Notes under the pieces: generated by a model
The model's database searches: none
The model's input: the letters and a program-made list of their open reading frames with translations, nothing else
Told to the model about the DNA's origin: nothing
Shown here: positions 1 to 11,930 of the stretch, piece after piece
Position numbering within the stretch: position 1 is the first letter of the stretch
Layout: each line of letters starts with the position of its first letter
Origin: Bugula neritina
Lineage: Eukaryota; Animalia; Bryozoa
Direction: 5' to 3'
DNA length: 64,000 nt
NCBI GenBank assembly: GCA_964035545.1
Contig: OZ037767.1
Coordinates: 21,220,628 to 21,284,627 of the forward strand
Position numbers and translations under genes: made by a program

Positions 1-387
1 CTCTTTATATTACACAATTCTACATAATGTATTCCTTGTATTAAAGCCGCAGATAATAACAATTTAATGTTATTTTAGATTGTTTGAAACCTACATGCAA
101 ATGTCTAAAATATTGTTTAATGAAGAACCAAAATGTTACTCCAATATTTTAATTTGAGTTTCTATAGGTTTTGGCTTTCAAATGAAACTTGAAACCAGCT
201 CTGTAGCTGGGCTGGTAGAAAACAATTAATTGCATGTTTTATGGTTTCAGGTAAAATCAGACTGTTTGGATGCGTTTATAGATGCACACAATGCAGCTTC
301 TTCTATCTAGTAATCTAATAACTGATGTTGGTTTTCATAAACTCATGCTGTTTCAGAGTCAGTAAATTTTGAAGGTGTCTACTTTAG

Positions 388-3086
388 GAAGTTGTTGCCG
401 GCACAGTTATCATAGAGAGCAAAGGAGAATGCTCACATCAGGGAGTTACCCTAACTGCAGACGGCTCGGTTAGTTTACAACTCAGCTCCAAGAGTGTTGG
501 AGTGTTTGAAGCTTTCTACAATTCTGTCAAGGTACCTGCTATATTGTGTTACAGTACTTGATGCACTGTGTTAAAGCACCTGCTATACTGTGTTAAGGCA
601 CCTGCGATAATGTTTCAAAGTGTCAACTTTGTGTCAAAAGTACTTGCTATACTGTGTTAAAGCGTATGCTATGCTGTATCAAATTACTTGCTCTATTTTA
701 GTTAAATTTCTATTCTATAGATTTTGGTGTCAGTTTTATTTACTTATGAACAGATTGTTGACAACATAGCTTAAATATTAGTTGAAAAATTACCACTTTT
801 TAAAAAATAGGTAATGAAATTTTTAATTCTTTGCTATAAAGAATCTACTCAGTAATATGAGTATTTGTTATTATGTTGAGCCAGCCAATATCTTGTCTTC
901 TGGCTTCAGTTCTACTGTTCAGAAACTTGCAGTTGATATTTACTTTATTTGTGCAGCCAATACAGCTTCTTTCACAAGTCTTAGAAATTGCAAAGCCTGG
1001 TAAGTTTCCTTCCGGTAAAACAGAAATTCCATTCGAAATACCACTAAAGGCGAAAGGTAACAAGAAGCTCTACGAATCCTACCATGGAGTATACATCAGC
1101 ATACAGGTGAGTGTGTGTCAGTATACAAGTGAGTGTATATCAGTATACAGGTGAGTGTATATCAGTATATAGGTGAGTGTATATCAGTATATAGGTGAGA
1201 ATATATCAGTATACAGGTGAGTGTATATCAGTATATAGGTGAGTGTATATCAGTATATAGGTGAGAATATATTAGTATACATGTGAGTGTATATCAGCAT
1301 GCAGGTGAGTGTATATCAGCATGCAGGTGAGTGTATATCAGTGTACAGATGAGTGTATATTAGTATACAGGTGAGTGTACATCACTGCACACTTTTTGTA
1401 CTAGATTCTATACTTTAATTAAACTTTAGATGGATTAAAATTATATTTTCAATGATTTAGGAAAATATTCCCATGTTGCTCACAAATGAGTCTGAACTCA
1501 GATTTCAACACGTGTGTTATAGCTGCAAGCACATTGCATGTCGTGTCATATATTGTCTTTAGTACAGTTTAGTGGCTGACATGAAGCGAGGAATGCTGAG
1601 CAAAGATTTGCGCAAGGATTTGGAGTTTTTAGTCGACTTTAATCACGGCGACAAACTGAAACCACAACCCTTAGATTTTACCTTGACCCCAGAGAATCTA
1701 CAAAATGCTAAAAGCGTACGTGTCAGAATTCACTCACCATTTCACATATCTAATCATGGCCTTGATCAAGTTGACATGTTTATTGCTCCTGTAACTTACC
1801 TAATGGTCTTATGCAATAGCTTTTAGCTAACAATGTATTCTAGCTCATTAATATACATATTTAATTGTACCCTGTAGATCTGTATGACCTTTAGAGATGT
1901 TTGTGCGTATATTCTGTACTAGTAATTATTTCATGATGTAGTATGATTGTATATATAATGTGTTTACAGAAATCAAATATACCCAAGTTTAAGATAAATG
2001 GCAAAATAGACTCGCTGTTATGTAACATTACTGACCCTTTTACAGGGCAGGTGAGTACTTTCATTAATGAATATATTCTACTCATACATACACTCTGTGT
2101 TCACTCTACTTAAACAGGTTTGCAATTCTCCTCGGACTTAAATTTTACTTAGACTTACACTCTACTTAAAATAAAATTTGCTCTCTTTAGACTTTACATA
2201 CAATCTAACTCATGCTTTCCCTCTACTCAGATTTACACTTTACTTAAACTTAACTCTCTTTATGCTTTACACATACATGTTTGGATTGTAGTCACAATCA
2301 AAAGCTTAGAAGAACATTGTTCATGGCTTCCACTGCTATACATTATTGCTTACTCTAAAACCTTTTATTTGCTCAAAAGGGCATCATTAAATTGTATTGA
2401 AAAATATTGTATACCTAAAACTTGAATATAATGTAGTCTTTGTGAATTGTGAAGTAAAGGTGATACTTGTTGTTATATATTGACAGATTACAATAGAGTC
2501 ATGCTCTAATCCCATCAAGTCAATGGAATTACAACTCTTGAGGGTAGAGACTTGTGGGTGTGCAGAAGGATATGCCAAAGATGGTGAGATAACTTTGTTA
2601 TTTCTTTTAGAAGTCTTTATTTTTATTTACTGGGTAGTATAATGATCATATAGGCAGCTCGTAATGTTGTCAAATTAATATTCAAGTTTGTTTTTCTTAT
2701 TTAGCCACTGAAATACAGAACATTCAAATAGCAGAAGGAGACGTGGCACATCATATAGCAATACCCCTCTACATGGTGTTTCCCAGGCTATTCACAGCAC
2801 CTACTTTGACTACAAACAACTTTAAAATAGGTAAGACTTTTTGATAGCTCTTGCTACCTACTATTGTTACTATTTATAAGTACTACATACTATTAGTACT
2901 ACCACTACCACTACTACCGCTATGACTACTAAATTACTACTACTACTACTACTACTACTACCACTATTCCTGCCATCATTATCATTACTGATGCATATTT
3001 TAGAGTTTGAAATCAACTTAGTTGTGGTGTTTAAAGGAGACATGATGTTAACAGAGAACTTCCCTATCAAAGTCACGCGAGTATGA
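388..3086 (+). CDS. VPS26C: VPS26 endosomal protein sorting factor C (DSCR3, Retriever subunit), 5'-partial spliced CDS
   Basis: Phase-consistent GT-AG exons 388-531, 957-1106, 1563-1715, 1970-2050, 2487-2583, 2705-2830, 3004-3086 (TGA). Translation includes LQLSSKSVGVFEAFYNSVKPIQ, KPGKFPSGKTEIPFE, LYESYHGVYISIQY, LRVETCGCAEGYAKDATEIQNIQIAEGDV and TENFPIK, all DSCR3/VPS26C signatures. The first coding exon is not in the window. Confidence 0.96.
1096..1380 (+). repeat. 22-bp minisatellite (~13 copies) built from a VPS26C exon end and splice donor (CAGTATACAG|GTGAGTGTATAT)
   Basis: The tandem unit is directly visible and begins inside the exon ending at 1106. Confidence 0.92.
2878..2966. repeat. 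(CTA/CCA)n trinucleotide microsatellite in the last VPS26C intron
   Basis: Run of actact/accact. Confidence 0.85.
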
Positions 3087-3788
3087 AATGCATATGGGAC
3101 TTGTAGATTTAGTTACATGTAGCTTCAAGATGTCATTATTGGTATTTGGAGTTTTCTCCACCGTGCAGATTTACTCAAACGACTCTTGATACTTGCTAAC
3201 TGTATTGATATAACTATTGATAACAGTGGATATAAATAACTATAGAAGTAAAATAGACAATATTTATAAATAAAATGAATATTCTAACATACTCCATAAA
3301 TATTAATGTAAATATAAATATAATTTATTCATTATTTCAGTAAACACTGCTTTTCCCTTCAGACTATTTCTATTAAAATTTTATCATGATATAAGCTTAT
3401 TGTGTATTTACAACGTAGAGTGAGTGCATGAATCATAAATTGCAAGGTGATGATATTACCAAACTATGTTTGCATATGTTGGCAACTTTTAAAGTGACCA
3501 GTAGTATTGCCACCTTAACAGTTGCATCTTAGAGAGGTGACTATTGGACAGTTTACTAAGCTAAATTATCTCAATAAACGTATTACAAAATTCTCATTTC
3601 AGCAAAATCGTTTTACAAAAATATATCCTCTATAATACAACAGTTTAATAATCTAAACAGTATAACAATAATTCTATAAATTCTATGTTACATCGGTTAA
3701 AAATATCAAACTATTCTAAATGGGAAATAACTCCAGTGTGCAAGAGCAATGATAAATTGCTATAAGATGTAGGCTATTGGTGTAGAGA

Positions 3789-6700
3789 TCACAAGACTTG
3801 AATGAGCTCAAGGCTGTCGTGTATAGACTTGGTGCCTCTAAGACAGTCATTGGAGAGAGAGTTCATTGCCCCTCCGCACACATTACGTCTGTCTGTGCGG
3901 CCACACTTCATGCACAAGGGGCTGTGACCCTCCCCCTCGTCACACGGTGACACCAGATTACCTAGACTGTGGGAACGGCGGCGTATAGCCTTAGTCAAAC
4001 TGTTAACTATGAGGTAGCTGTTCAAGTCACTAGGGGCCGTGTGCACCGAGGTTATGCGAGTGTCCAGTTTCTCCAGTGAGGTGCTAAATGAGGTTAGTAC
4101 TGGCTGACTCGCAGCTGCCGCCGGACGCCGTGTCACCAAGTCAGGCATTAAGACTGGTGTTGGAGTGTCAGGGGTTAATGATGGCTGACTTAGTGAAAGT
4201 TCTTTGGGGAGGTTTCTGTTGAGGTATGGAGGGTGCTGCAATATGTTGGTGATGCTGGCCGTATTCTGTGGAGTTTTATCGGTCAGCAAATCTTGGTGGG
4301 AGAGAGACAGGCTGGTGCCGGAGTTGGAAGTGCTGAGTGATGCCTCACTTTCCTCTGATATGTCCAGCAGATTGTCAGCGGACAAAGCCGGCCTGGGCTG
4401 TCGCTGCTGCCGACTCACCTCACTGTCAACTTTGGCGGTGAGCTCAAGGACAGCTGGAGGTACAGAGAGGTTAGTCATGCTCAGATTCAGAGTGCGTGGT
4501 CGGCCAAGACTGCCTCCAAACTTCCTCAGTTTTGGGGAGAGAGAGAGCGTGGCGGGACTAGTCGGGCTATTGCTACTTGATGCCAAGTCAGCGAGTCCAT
4601 TCCAGCTGTGGCAGCGTTTAGGAGGAGGTAGATCAGCCAACTGGTGGGCTGGGTTTCTCATCTCCACCACTGTAGACTCTTCAGCAGCACTAGGTCCTGG
4701 CAGCGGACAACTCTAAAATAGTCAGCCGCTGGTGTACAGAATACAAATAAAAGATAAACGAGCAGCAAATAACTTGAGTTTAGACCTTGTGATGTTATGC
4801 CTCCGTGGATACCGTTGGCCAAAAATGAATTTTCTCATACAACTGCTGATGACTTGCTTGTTAAATTCAAGGTTTGCTTTCCTAACTTAGTGATAGCAGA
4901 GTAATGAACGTGAGATTTCAACAATGAGTCATATAACTGCTAGCTGGTATAAACCAACAACAAAATACATGTGCAATGATTAAAAAATAACCACAAGAAT
5001 TAGAGTAGGTAAAGATATAATGGGAGAATGACAAGTAAAACGCAAAAGTGATAGCAGTGATGTACTCACAGCATTGACAGAGGAAATGCCGTGTTCAAAC
5101 TTGAGTCCAGCGAGGGCACTGGCAGGGGAGAGGCTAGATATGCTGTTGTTGTTATCCACCACTAGCCGCTTGGTGTGTTGGGGGGAGTCGGTGACAGAAG
5201 ATCTGTCGCTGAGAGGCAAACTCATATCTGTATCACAATAATAAGAAATATACAAATGAATGATCATAAGTAATATAATATACACAACCAAGATAATATA
5301 TTCTAAGGGGGGGAGACTGGCTAAGAAACTTGCTGTCAACTCACCGAGACGTTTCCTCTTAGTACCGGCAGCCGAAGTAGGAGATGCTGTCAGGTTGAGT
5401 TCCTTTTCATACTCCAGAAGCTGACCGAGGAAGTTAAAGTTTGGAGCTACAATCGGTCTCATCATTTTGACAAACCTGTGAAATAAATAACAAAGTAATG
5501 AGTTGTCTTCCCCTGCTACAGTAACCTGTATTCACCTGCTACAGTAACCTGTATTCACCTGCTACAGTAACCTGACCTCACCTGTAAGCTTGTTCACATC
5601 TGATCATGCGAGACTTCATTATGTAGGATATGGTGAGAGCGGCTGACCTTGACATGCCAGCCTGGCAGTGTACCATCACCTTCCCCTGCTCTGCCTTCAC
5701 CCGGTCTGTATAATATATTGTATATATTACTATCTGTATATATTACTATCTGTATATCTTACTATATGTATATATTACTATCTGTATAATAACTTATGCA
5801 TATTATGTACATAAATTTCGAATTTTCTATAGAACTCATAAAAGACTAGAAAAAAAATAATCAAATTATTACAACTTATGATAAGCAGCACAAGTGATTA
5901 TATGAAATATCATTTGATTTCCACAAATTAGCTTGTCCAATGTAGCTGAAAGATTGCTCTCTTAGAATAATTTACGTTTAATGAAGCCGAGATAAAAGGG
6001 AGAGCCTTGAGTCCAGGCTATAATGTAGCAGAGGCTAACTCTGCCATGTTAGAAATCAAAGGAATAGCCTGCCGAACAATCACTCTACAATTTCATGATA
6101 TTCTAATTGTATGACTGCATCAAGCAGACAAAGTAGTCTGATGGATGGTTTCCTGGGGCAAAGAGTAGAATCTGATATTCCTATCAGACGCTGTCAGCTA
6201 GAGTACTGGGAGCTAAACGGCAGCACCCGCAAACTACTCATAAGAGTTTATAGTCGCCATCCCTGTAAGAAACTTCTGATGGAAAGGTTTTTGCTAAAAC
6301 GGGCTATAAAGACTTGTTTAGATGGGGCACAGAAGCAATGCTCTTCCTCTTCCTAACATCACCAATGGCCTTTGTCGGGGTTCGAACCCATGACTTTGTG
6401 TTTACTAAGCAAACGCTCTAACCCCTAGACCACGGCTGCTCCCAGCACATGCAAACTGCTATTCTTCATATATTACACCATTAAATGCACACCACTCAGC
6501 CTCTGGTACTTTGTAAAACAACATGTATTGTCACATGAAGTCTGGCACAAACTAAACTCAGTGCAACTTGCCAGCTCTACTTACTAATAAACTGATGGGC
6601 GGAATCAAAGTAGGGGTGAAGGTCGTCTATGTATCCATCATTCACTGGAATCCTCATGAAGTGTTCATCTGCTATATCTGCAGGGCGTTCACAGTGAGTG

Positions 6701-6993
6701 CTTACATTGAGTATGTGTGTGATGTGATGTTTCTATAGAAACAAAAGTGTAATATACAGAAATTACTGTGAGAGAGTGTAATATTATACTGCAGATAGAG
6801 TGAGAGTGTAATCTGGTGATCAAGAGTATAATGTGCAGACCTTTCTCACTTCCTCAGAAAGTGCATCTTTCAAGCAGCCGATATAGAGATGAGGCAGAAT
6901 TCTAGTTGGTCCAATTTTTTCATATTCTGGAGTCTTAGGCGAGTCATATGGTAATAGCGGGCATTCGCCTACCCTGTATGGGCGGGGTATCAT
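3789..6993 (-). CDS. Dual-specificity MAPK phosphatase, DUSP8/DUSP16-like
   Basis: Minus-strand exons 6993(ATG)-6841, 6732-6585, 5705-5582, 5475-5345, 5227-5070, 4712-3789 join in frame. Motifs: GPTRILPHLYIG, FMRIPVNDGYID, catalytic [36 protein letters not shown]. Long Ser/Pro-rich tail ends SLELIQVL, resembling the DUSP8/16 C-terminus. The start codon is uncertain; a likely upstream exon ends at 7943. Confidence 0.9.
5512..5585 (-). repeat. 23-bp tandem repeat (~3 copies) overlapping a DUSP splice donor
   Basis: cacctgctacagtaacctgtatt repeated; reads AG|GTGA on the minus strand. Confidence 0.8.
6243..6442 (-). mobile_element. tRNA-derived SINE, copy 1
   Basis: Minus strand reads GCAGCCGTGGTCTAGGGGTTAGAGCG...GGGTTCGAACCCCG (Pol III A and B boxes), then a ~130-bp non-tRNA body shared with copies at ~8760, ~9064 and ~38890. 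Confidence 0.8.
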
Positions 6994-8759
6994 CCCAACC
7001 CTAATATAGACTGAAACCCTGTAAGAATTTAGCACACAATGATAGTTTGCCTACAGGATATAATGGGTAAGGGTAAAGGTCATAGGATAAGATAACTCAT
7101 CGCTGCTCAAGTGTATGAATATATCATTTTATTGCTAGCCTAAACTAGGTTCTAGATATTTATGAAGAATTCATGCAGTAAACTTATTAAATAACATTAT
7201 TGACATCAAATAATTAAAGATGCAAATTATTTAATATTAATATAAATTTACCCTCGCTGTTTGTCCAAGCATTTAATTTTAAGATGGAAATAAATGCAAT
7301 TTAAATTGTACAAGTTGAGTTTAATTTTACGAAGCAGAATAAATGAAGACTTTTTCAATCTTTTTATGCCGTAGAATTACATAAATTGAATAAACATTAA
7401 AAATAGAAAGAAACCAAAAGTCATTTAAGTTTTGGCATTGTATCACCTTATTGCACACGAATATCAAATCACATTAAGTGAAAATTACTCTACCACAGAC
7501 TGCTACGATTTATCCAATAGGTGTTCTAAGAAAACATTAGAAACATGCAGTGTTTGATCCCTCAATGAAAAATGGCTAACATTTAGGTTATGTCCCCTTT
7601 GAATGAGCTTGAATGACAATATATTACAGGAAAAGGTCTAAAAAGCTCCGTCCACATAAAAAGGATTGGCGAACAGACAGTAAAATAGGAACACTTTGTT
7701 TCATAAATTACACATCACTGAGAATAGCGATATGGACTAATTTATAACATGGAGCAGCCGAAGACTTGGGCAAATACCATTGGCCGCAGTCAATTTACCT
7801 CCTGTAACATACCAAGTGTTAATATAGTTTACCAAACTTACTTGTACTTGCTTGGAATATTCAACTGTACAGACCCAATGCTATTTACAGCTATATTGCA
7901 AAAACTGCTTCTATTTACGTGAATGAATGCAGACGTACTCACCTGTGAGGTGTGAGCCCTGCAGACAGTGAGCAGTTGCAGACCACAGCTACTGCAGGAG
8001 TAATGAGTCATTCACTTCAGTCTGCACTCTACACACACTGTCTGGTTTGCATAGCCTATGTCAAGTCAAGTCCAATAGCTACGTTATTGATTTAGTCTGA
8101 CTCTCAAATAATCAATGCATGCCGAATAGGGTGGGCACACCTGGCAGCCTATACAACGTGTGCTTTGATACTCGGGCCATTCTTCTCTAATCTACACAGG
8201 ACAAACAATACAAAACATAATGACAACACTCGTAACTTATTGTAGTGTATTGTAGTCAAATATGATCAATAAATACCTTGAAAATAATGATTAGCTCAAG
8301 TTCTTGCAATTACGAAATAGTAAGAGAGTTAAAGTTGTTAGACTATGTGTTGAATGGTTCATGTTGTGTTTGAATATAAATTTGATAGAAGGGTTGGGTG
8401 TAAATGTATGTATATGATTCATGGGCAAAAATGGCAGAAAAAGAAGTTAGACAAATATTTAACAGAGTTTTAGGCACAAACATTATCAACCAACAGAAAA
8501 TGGTATAATCAGGAGTTGTTTACACACTTACATGTGAAAACAAACAAGATAATATAATTCTATGACTGTACACCGCGGATGGCACACAAATTACTTATTC
8601 AACAAAACTGTTGGCAATGCCTTCCGAGTAAGTACCAGCTGAATATTTTCTTGTTAAACGCACACCAACACGGATTTTATAAACTATGGCCAGCATCAAC
8701 TGTTTTTTCCGGTTATTGGTTTATCTCTGATAATTAGAAAACCATATAAAACTCAAGCA

Positions 8760-8964
8760 AGTTTATAGTCACCGTCCCTGTGCGAAACCCCTGATGAAAA
8801 GGGTTTTTGTTAAATCCGGGGTTAAGGACTTATTCATATGAGGAACAGGAGCAATTATGACTGTATGCTCTTTCCAACATCACCAAGGGCCTTTGTCGGG
8901 GTTTTTGAACCCATGACTTGATGCTTACTAGGCAAAGGCTTTAACCCCTAGACCACGGCTGCTC
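8760..8964 (-). mobile_element. tRNA-derived SINE, copy 2
   Basis: Collinear with 6243-6442 (gtttatagtc...aacatcaccaa.ggcctttgtcggggtt...aacccctagaccacggctgctc). Confidence 0.8.
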
Positions 8965-9063
8965 CTAATCAGAAAATCATAGTTTATTCAAACTCATCAG
9001 GATGAAAAATAAGCTTTCAGTCTGCTAAATATTTTGCTTCAACTTATGGATAAGTTTCTAAGA

Positions 9064-9246
9064 GAGCAGCCACAGTGAAGTAGTTAGCTTAGTGAACACA
9101 GAGTCAACTGATTGATCCCAGTAAAGGCCACTGGTGTGTTGGGAAGAGCACACAGTCATAGTTGCCCCTGTGTCACATATAAATAAGTCTTTAGCCACTT
9201 TAAAAACCTCTTTACTTGGGTTCACAGAAATAGCTACTATAAACTA
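9064..9246 (+). mobile_element. Degenerate SINE, copy 3 (opposite orientation)
   Basis: gagcagcc...gcttagtgaacacagagtca...aaaggccactggtgtgttgggaagag...actataaact matches the reverse complement of copies 1 and 2. Confidence 0.6.
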
Positions 9247-9272
9247 TAAATCCTTGACACACTTCATTTATG

Positions 9273-9277
<5 letters not shown>

Positions 9278-9360
<83 letters not shown>

Positions 9361-9366
9361 CATACA
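9278..9366. repeat. (TA)n microsatellite
   Basis: About 40 TA units. Confidence 0.95.
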
Positions 9367-10430
9367 TATATGTGTGTGTACCATTCGCTAAAATAGTTAG
9401 TTCAAAGTGAGTCCAAGGGTTGAGGTTGGCTTTTTCAGTAACAAGTAATCCATATTCATAAATTTATAATATATAATTATAATAGTAATGTGCAAAGCTA
9501 AAACCTTTAAATCTGTACCATTGTTTAGACTTAAATAAATGAATATATACCTACACTAAAACATCACCATTGGCATGGTATGTTACTGTTAATATTAGTG
9601 GTTTACACTAAACTAGTTTCATAGCAAAAGTTAAAAAAACTTATTTGTAGATATTTCACTTATAACATATAAACAAATAAAATCAACTAGACAAAATACA
9701 GAGTTATCTAAACTATTTTAACTGACAAACACATCAAATTGACTTAAGTACTTGAAATTCCTTGAGACAATTCTTTACTCTAAAAGCAGTCCTGATTTTA
9801 TCAACTGAATGACTAATTTGATCATGCTGATTGAACTGCTACAAAATTTGCAATCTGGATAAATTAACTCCATATTCAATGTTTACAATAAGTAGTTTCA
9901 GTAAGCTTTTAGTTTTGTTTAGTTTAGTTTTGTCAGCGGACTCCAGACAGATTCTTGTTGTAAGCCAACCTTTATTTTTATAGCCTTTTTGTTCCAAGTG
10001 GTAGCCCTGACTTAAACTGAACAGTTCTCATACAATTTTGAATGGTATTGGTGTATTTTTTAGCACCCCATTCTTTATGATGCAGTACCAGATCAAATTT
10101 TTTGAGACTGTAACATAGGATTTTTTTAGGTCCACTAACACTTTATCACTATATCTCTGTTAAACTCCCTCGACCTTTTTTGTAAATTAAATAGAACATT
10201 GGTTCAGAGGTGGACCTTTTATTCTGAAAACTGTATTGATTTCGCTTGATATTGACAGTTGAATTAAGCCTTACTCCAATCACTTGTTATAAAAAATTGA
10301 GGCAGCAGCTTTAACATATTGAAGGATATTCTTTCTGTTTGAATATTGTTGTTATAACACTTTCTTTTTACTTCTGGCATATGCCGTCTTTCATAAGAGT
10401 AAGAGTGAGTGACTATGAGTATCACTGTAA

Positions 10431-10773
10431 GCCTAGGGCCACACTGTGCGTATTTTCGCATGCGAAAATTAAAATCACGAGTAGCAAAGGTGTCCACTGT
10501 AGCGCCAGTGATGCGTGATAAATAAAGCTTTCATTTTTAAATCGCACTCGCTTTCAATAAAACGCAATTTACTGGAATATAGCACTAAATAAAGAAATTG
10601 GGCTCGCTGAATAGCTACCAGCCAATTAGGTGACGGCGACAGAGACGATTCGCACTTGCGTTGAAAATGCAGAGCGACAAGTGCGAAGGTTTTCTCAACG
10701 CGCACAGTGGACACCTTTGCTACTTGTGATTTCAATTTTCGCATGCGAAAATACGCACCGTGTGGCCCTAGGC
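10431..10773. mobile_element. PIF/Harbinger-type (Tourist-like) MITE, 343 bp
   Basis: ~70-bp near-perfect TIRs (GCCTAGGGCCACAC...GTGTGGCCCTAGGC), flanked by a TAA duplication at 10428-10430 and 10774-10776. Confidence 0.88.
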
Positions 10774-10776
10774 TAA

Positions 10777-11580
10777 GTGTAACACTAAACGTAATGGTAA
10801 CTGCAAGACACTCTTGCTTTTAGAACTTAGACCAACTTTTACATTAACTTTAAGTTCAAGAGTGTAACACTAACAGCTACAGTAACTGTCAGATTTTCAC
10901 TAACAGTAACTCTAAGTGTATCAGCATGACATTGACTTTGACTACCGCTATGATTATCAGTATGCGCATCAGGGTGAGTGCCACTTAGTCACTATGAGTA
11001 TGACTATCAGCACGAGTAACACCAACAGTAACAGTATCAGCATGAGCATGACTATCATTATGAGTATGACGACGAATATTGAGTATCAGTATCAGTGAGG
11101 CAATGTGGCAGTCACAGTGTGAGTTTCAGTCTAAGTGTGTAACTCCGACTGTCAGTGTGAATGTGAGTGTCACTCTGACTTCCACTTTAACTTCAAGTTT
11201 AACAATAGTCAGTATGAATGACTGTTGAAGTTCAACAATTTAAATTTCAACTTCAACTTGATTTCAGTCAATGTCAATATTGTCATACTGATAGTGAGAC
11301 TCATAGTGTTAATCATATTGATATTCATATTCATATTGATATTCATATTCATATTGTTATTCACTATGAGTATGAGTATCAGTATGATATTCATATTGAT
11401 AACATCCCTCTAAAAAAACTCTTGTAACTTGGCCGAACAATTATTAGTGGTATTTCAAATAACCGTGGAAGAAAATACTGCAGTTAATATTATTTGCAAA
11501 ATATGTATGTAAATTTCCTGGTAATCCATAGCCATAGACATAACTATAAATATAACTCATTAACTATAACTATAAGCCTA
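10777..11580. repeat. Cryptic 6-nt-periodic low-complexity tract
   Basis: Degenerate hexamers such as agtatc agcatg agcatg actatc attatg agtatg and catatt gatatt. Confidence 0.7.
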
Positions 11581-11930
11581 AAATCATAAAATTTGTGATC
11601 TCTTCTCGCTTTGACCTTAGTGCGTGTTTCAAACGAAATATGCGAAAGGGTTTTATAATTATGAGCCTGTCCGATGATAAGTTTTATTTCAAGTAATGAC
11701 TACTCTAGGGCTTATTAAAACTAAACGGGAATCTGTATGGTGAACCAAGTGTCGGAGACTCGAATGATAAGATTATCATATCACCGACTTCTAAATGTTA
11801 ACATGAAAAGGCTACATATCCAAGAGATTAATTTACAATACTGATACAGAATGAGAAAGTGAATAATAATATGAAAATGGTGATCGCATTCTATCGACAG
11901 TCGTAATCATTTTAACCATTTTGTGTTTGA

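Noticed and set aside
4204-4716. 170-aa plus-strand ORF
   Set aside because: Antisense shadow of the GC-richer DUSP terminal exon; non-ATG start and no independent support.
6365-6442. Possible tRNA gene
   Set aside because: The acceptor stem does not pair well, and the head is joined to a body repeated elsewhere in the window, so it is a SINE.
9780-10230. Degenerate inverted repeat, possibly an old MITE
   Set aside because: Arms too diverged and no TSD or termini could be defined.
10264-10744. ORFs overlapping the MITE
   Set aside because: No transposase motifs; they arise from the inverted repeats.
10916-11427. Alternating Ser/Thr-hydrophobic 'beta-strand' ORFs (also 12099-12401 and 54148-54251)
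   Set aside because: By-product of 6-nt periodicity; frames break frequently, and the analogous tracts lie in introns defined by conserved exons.
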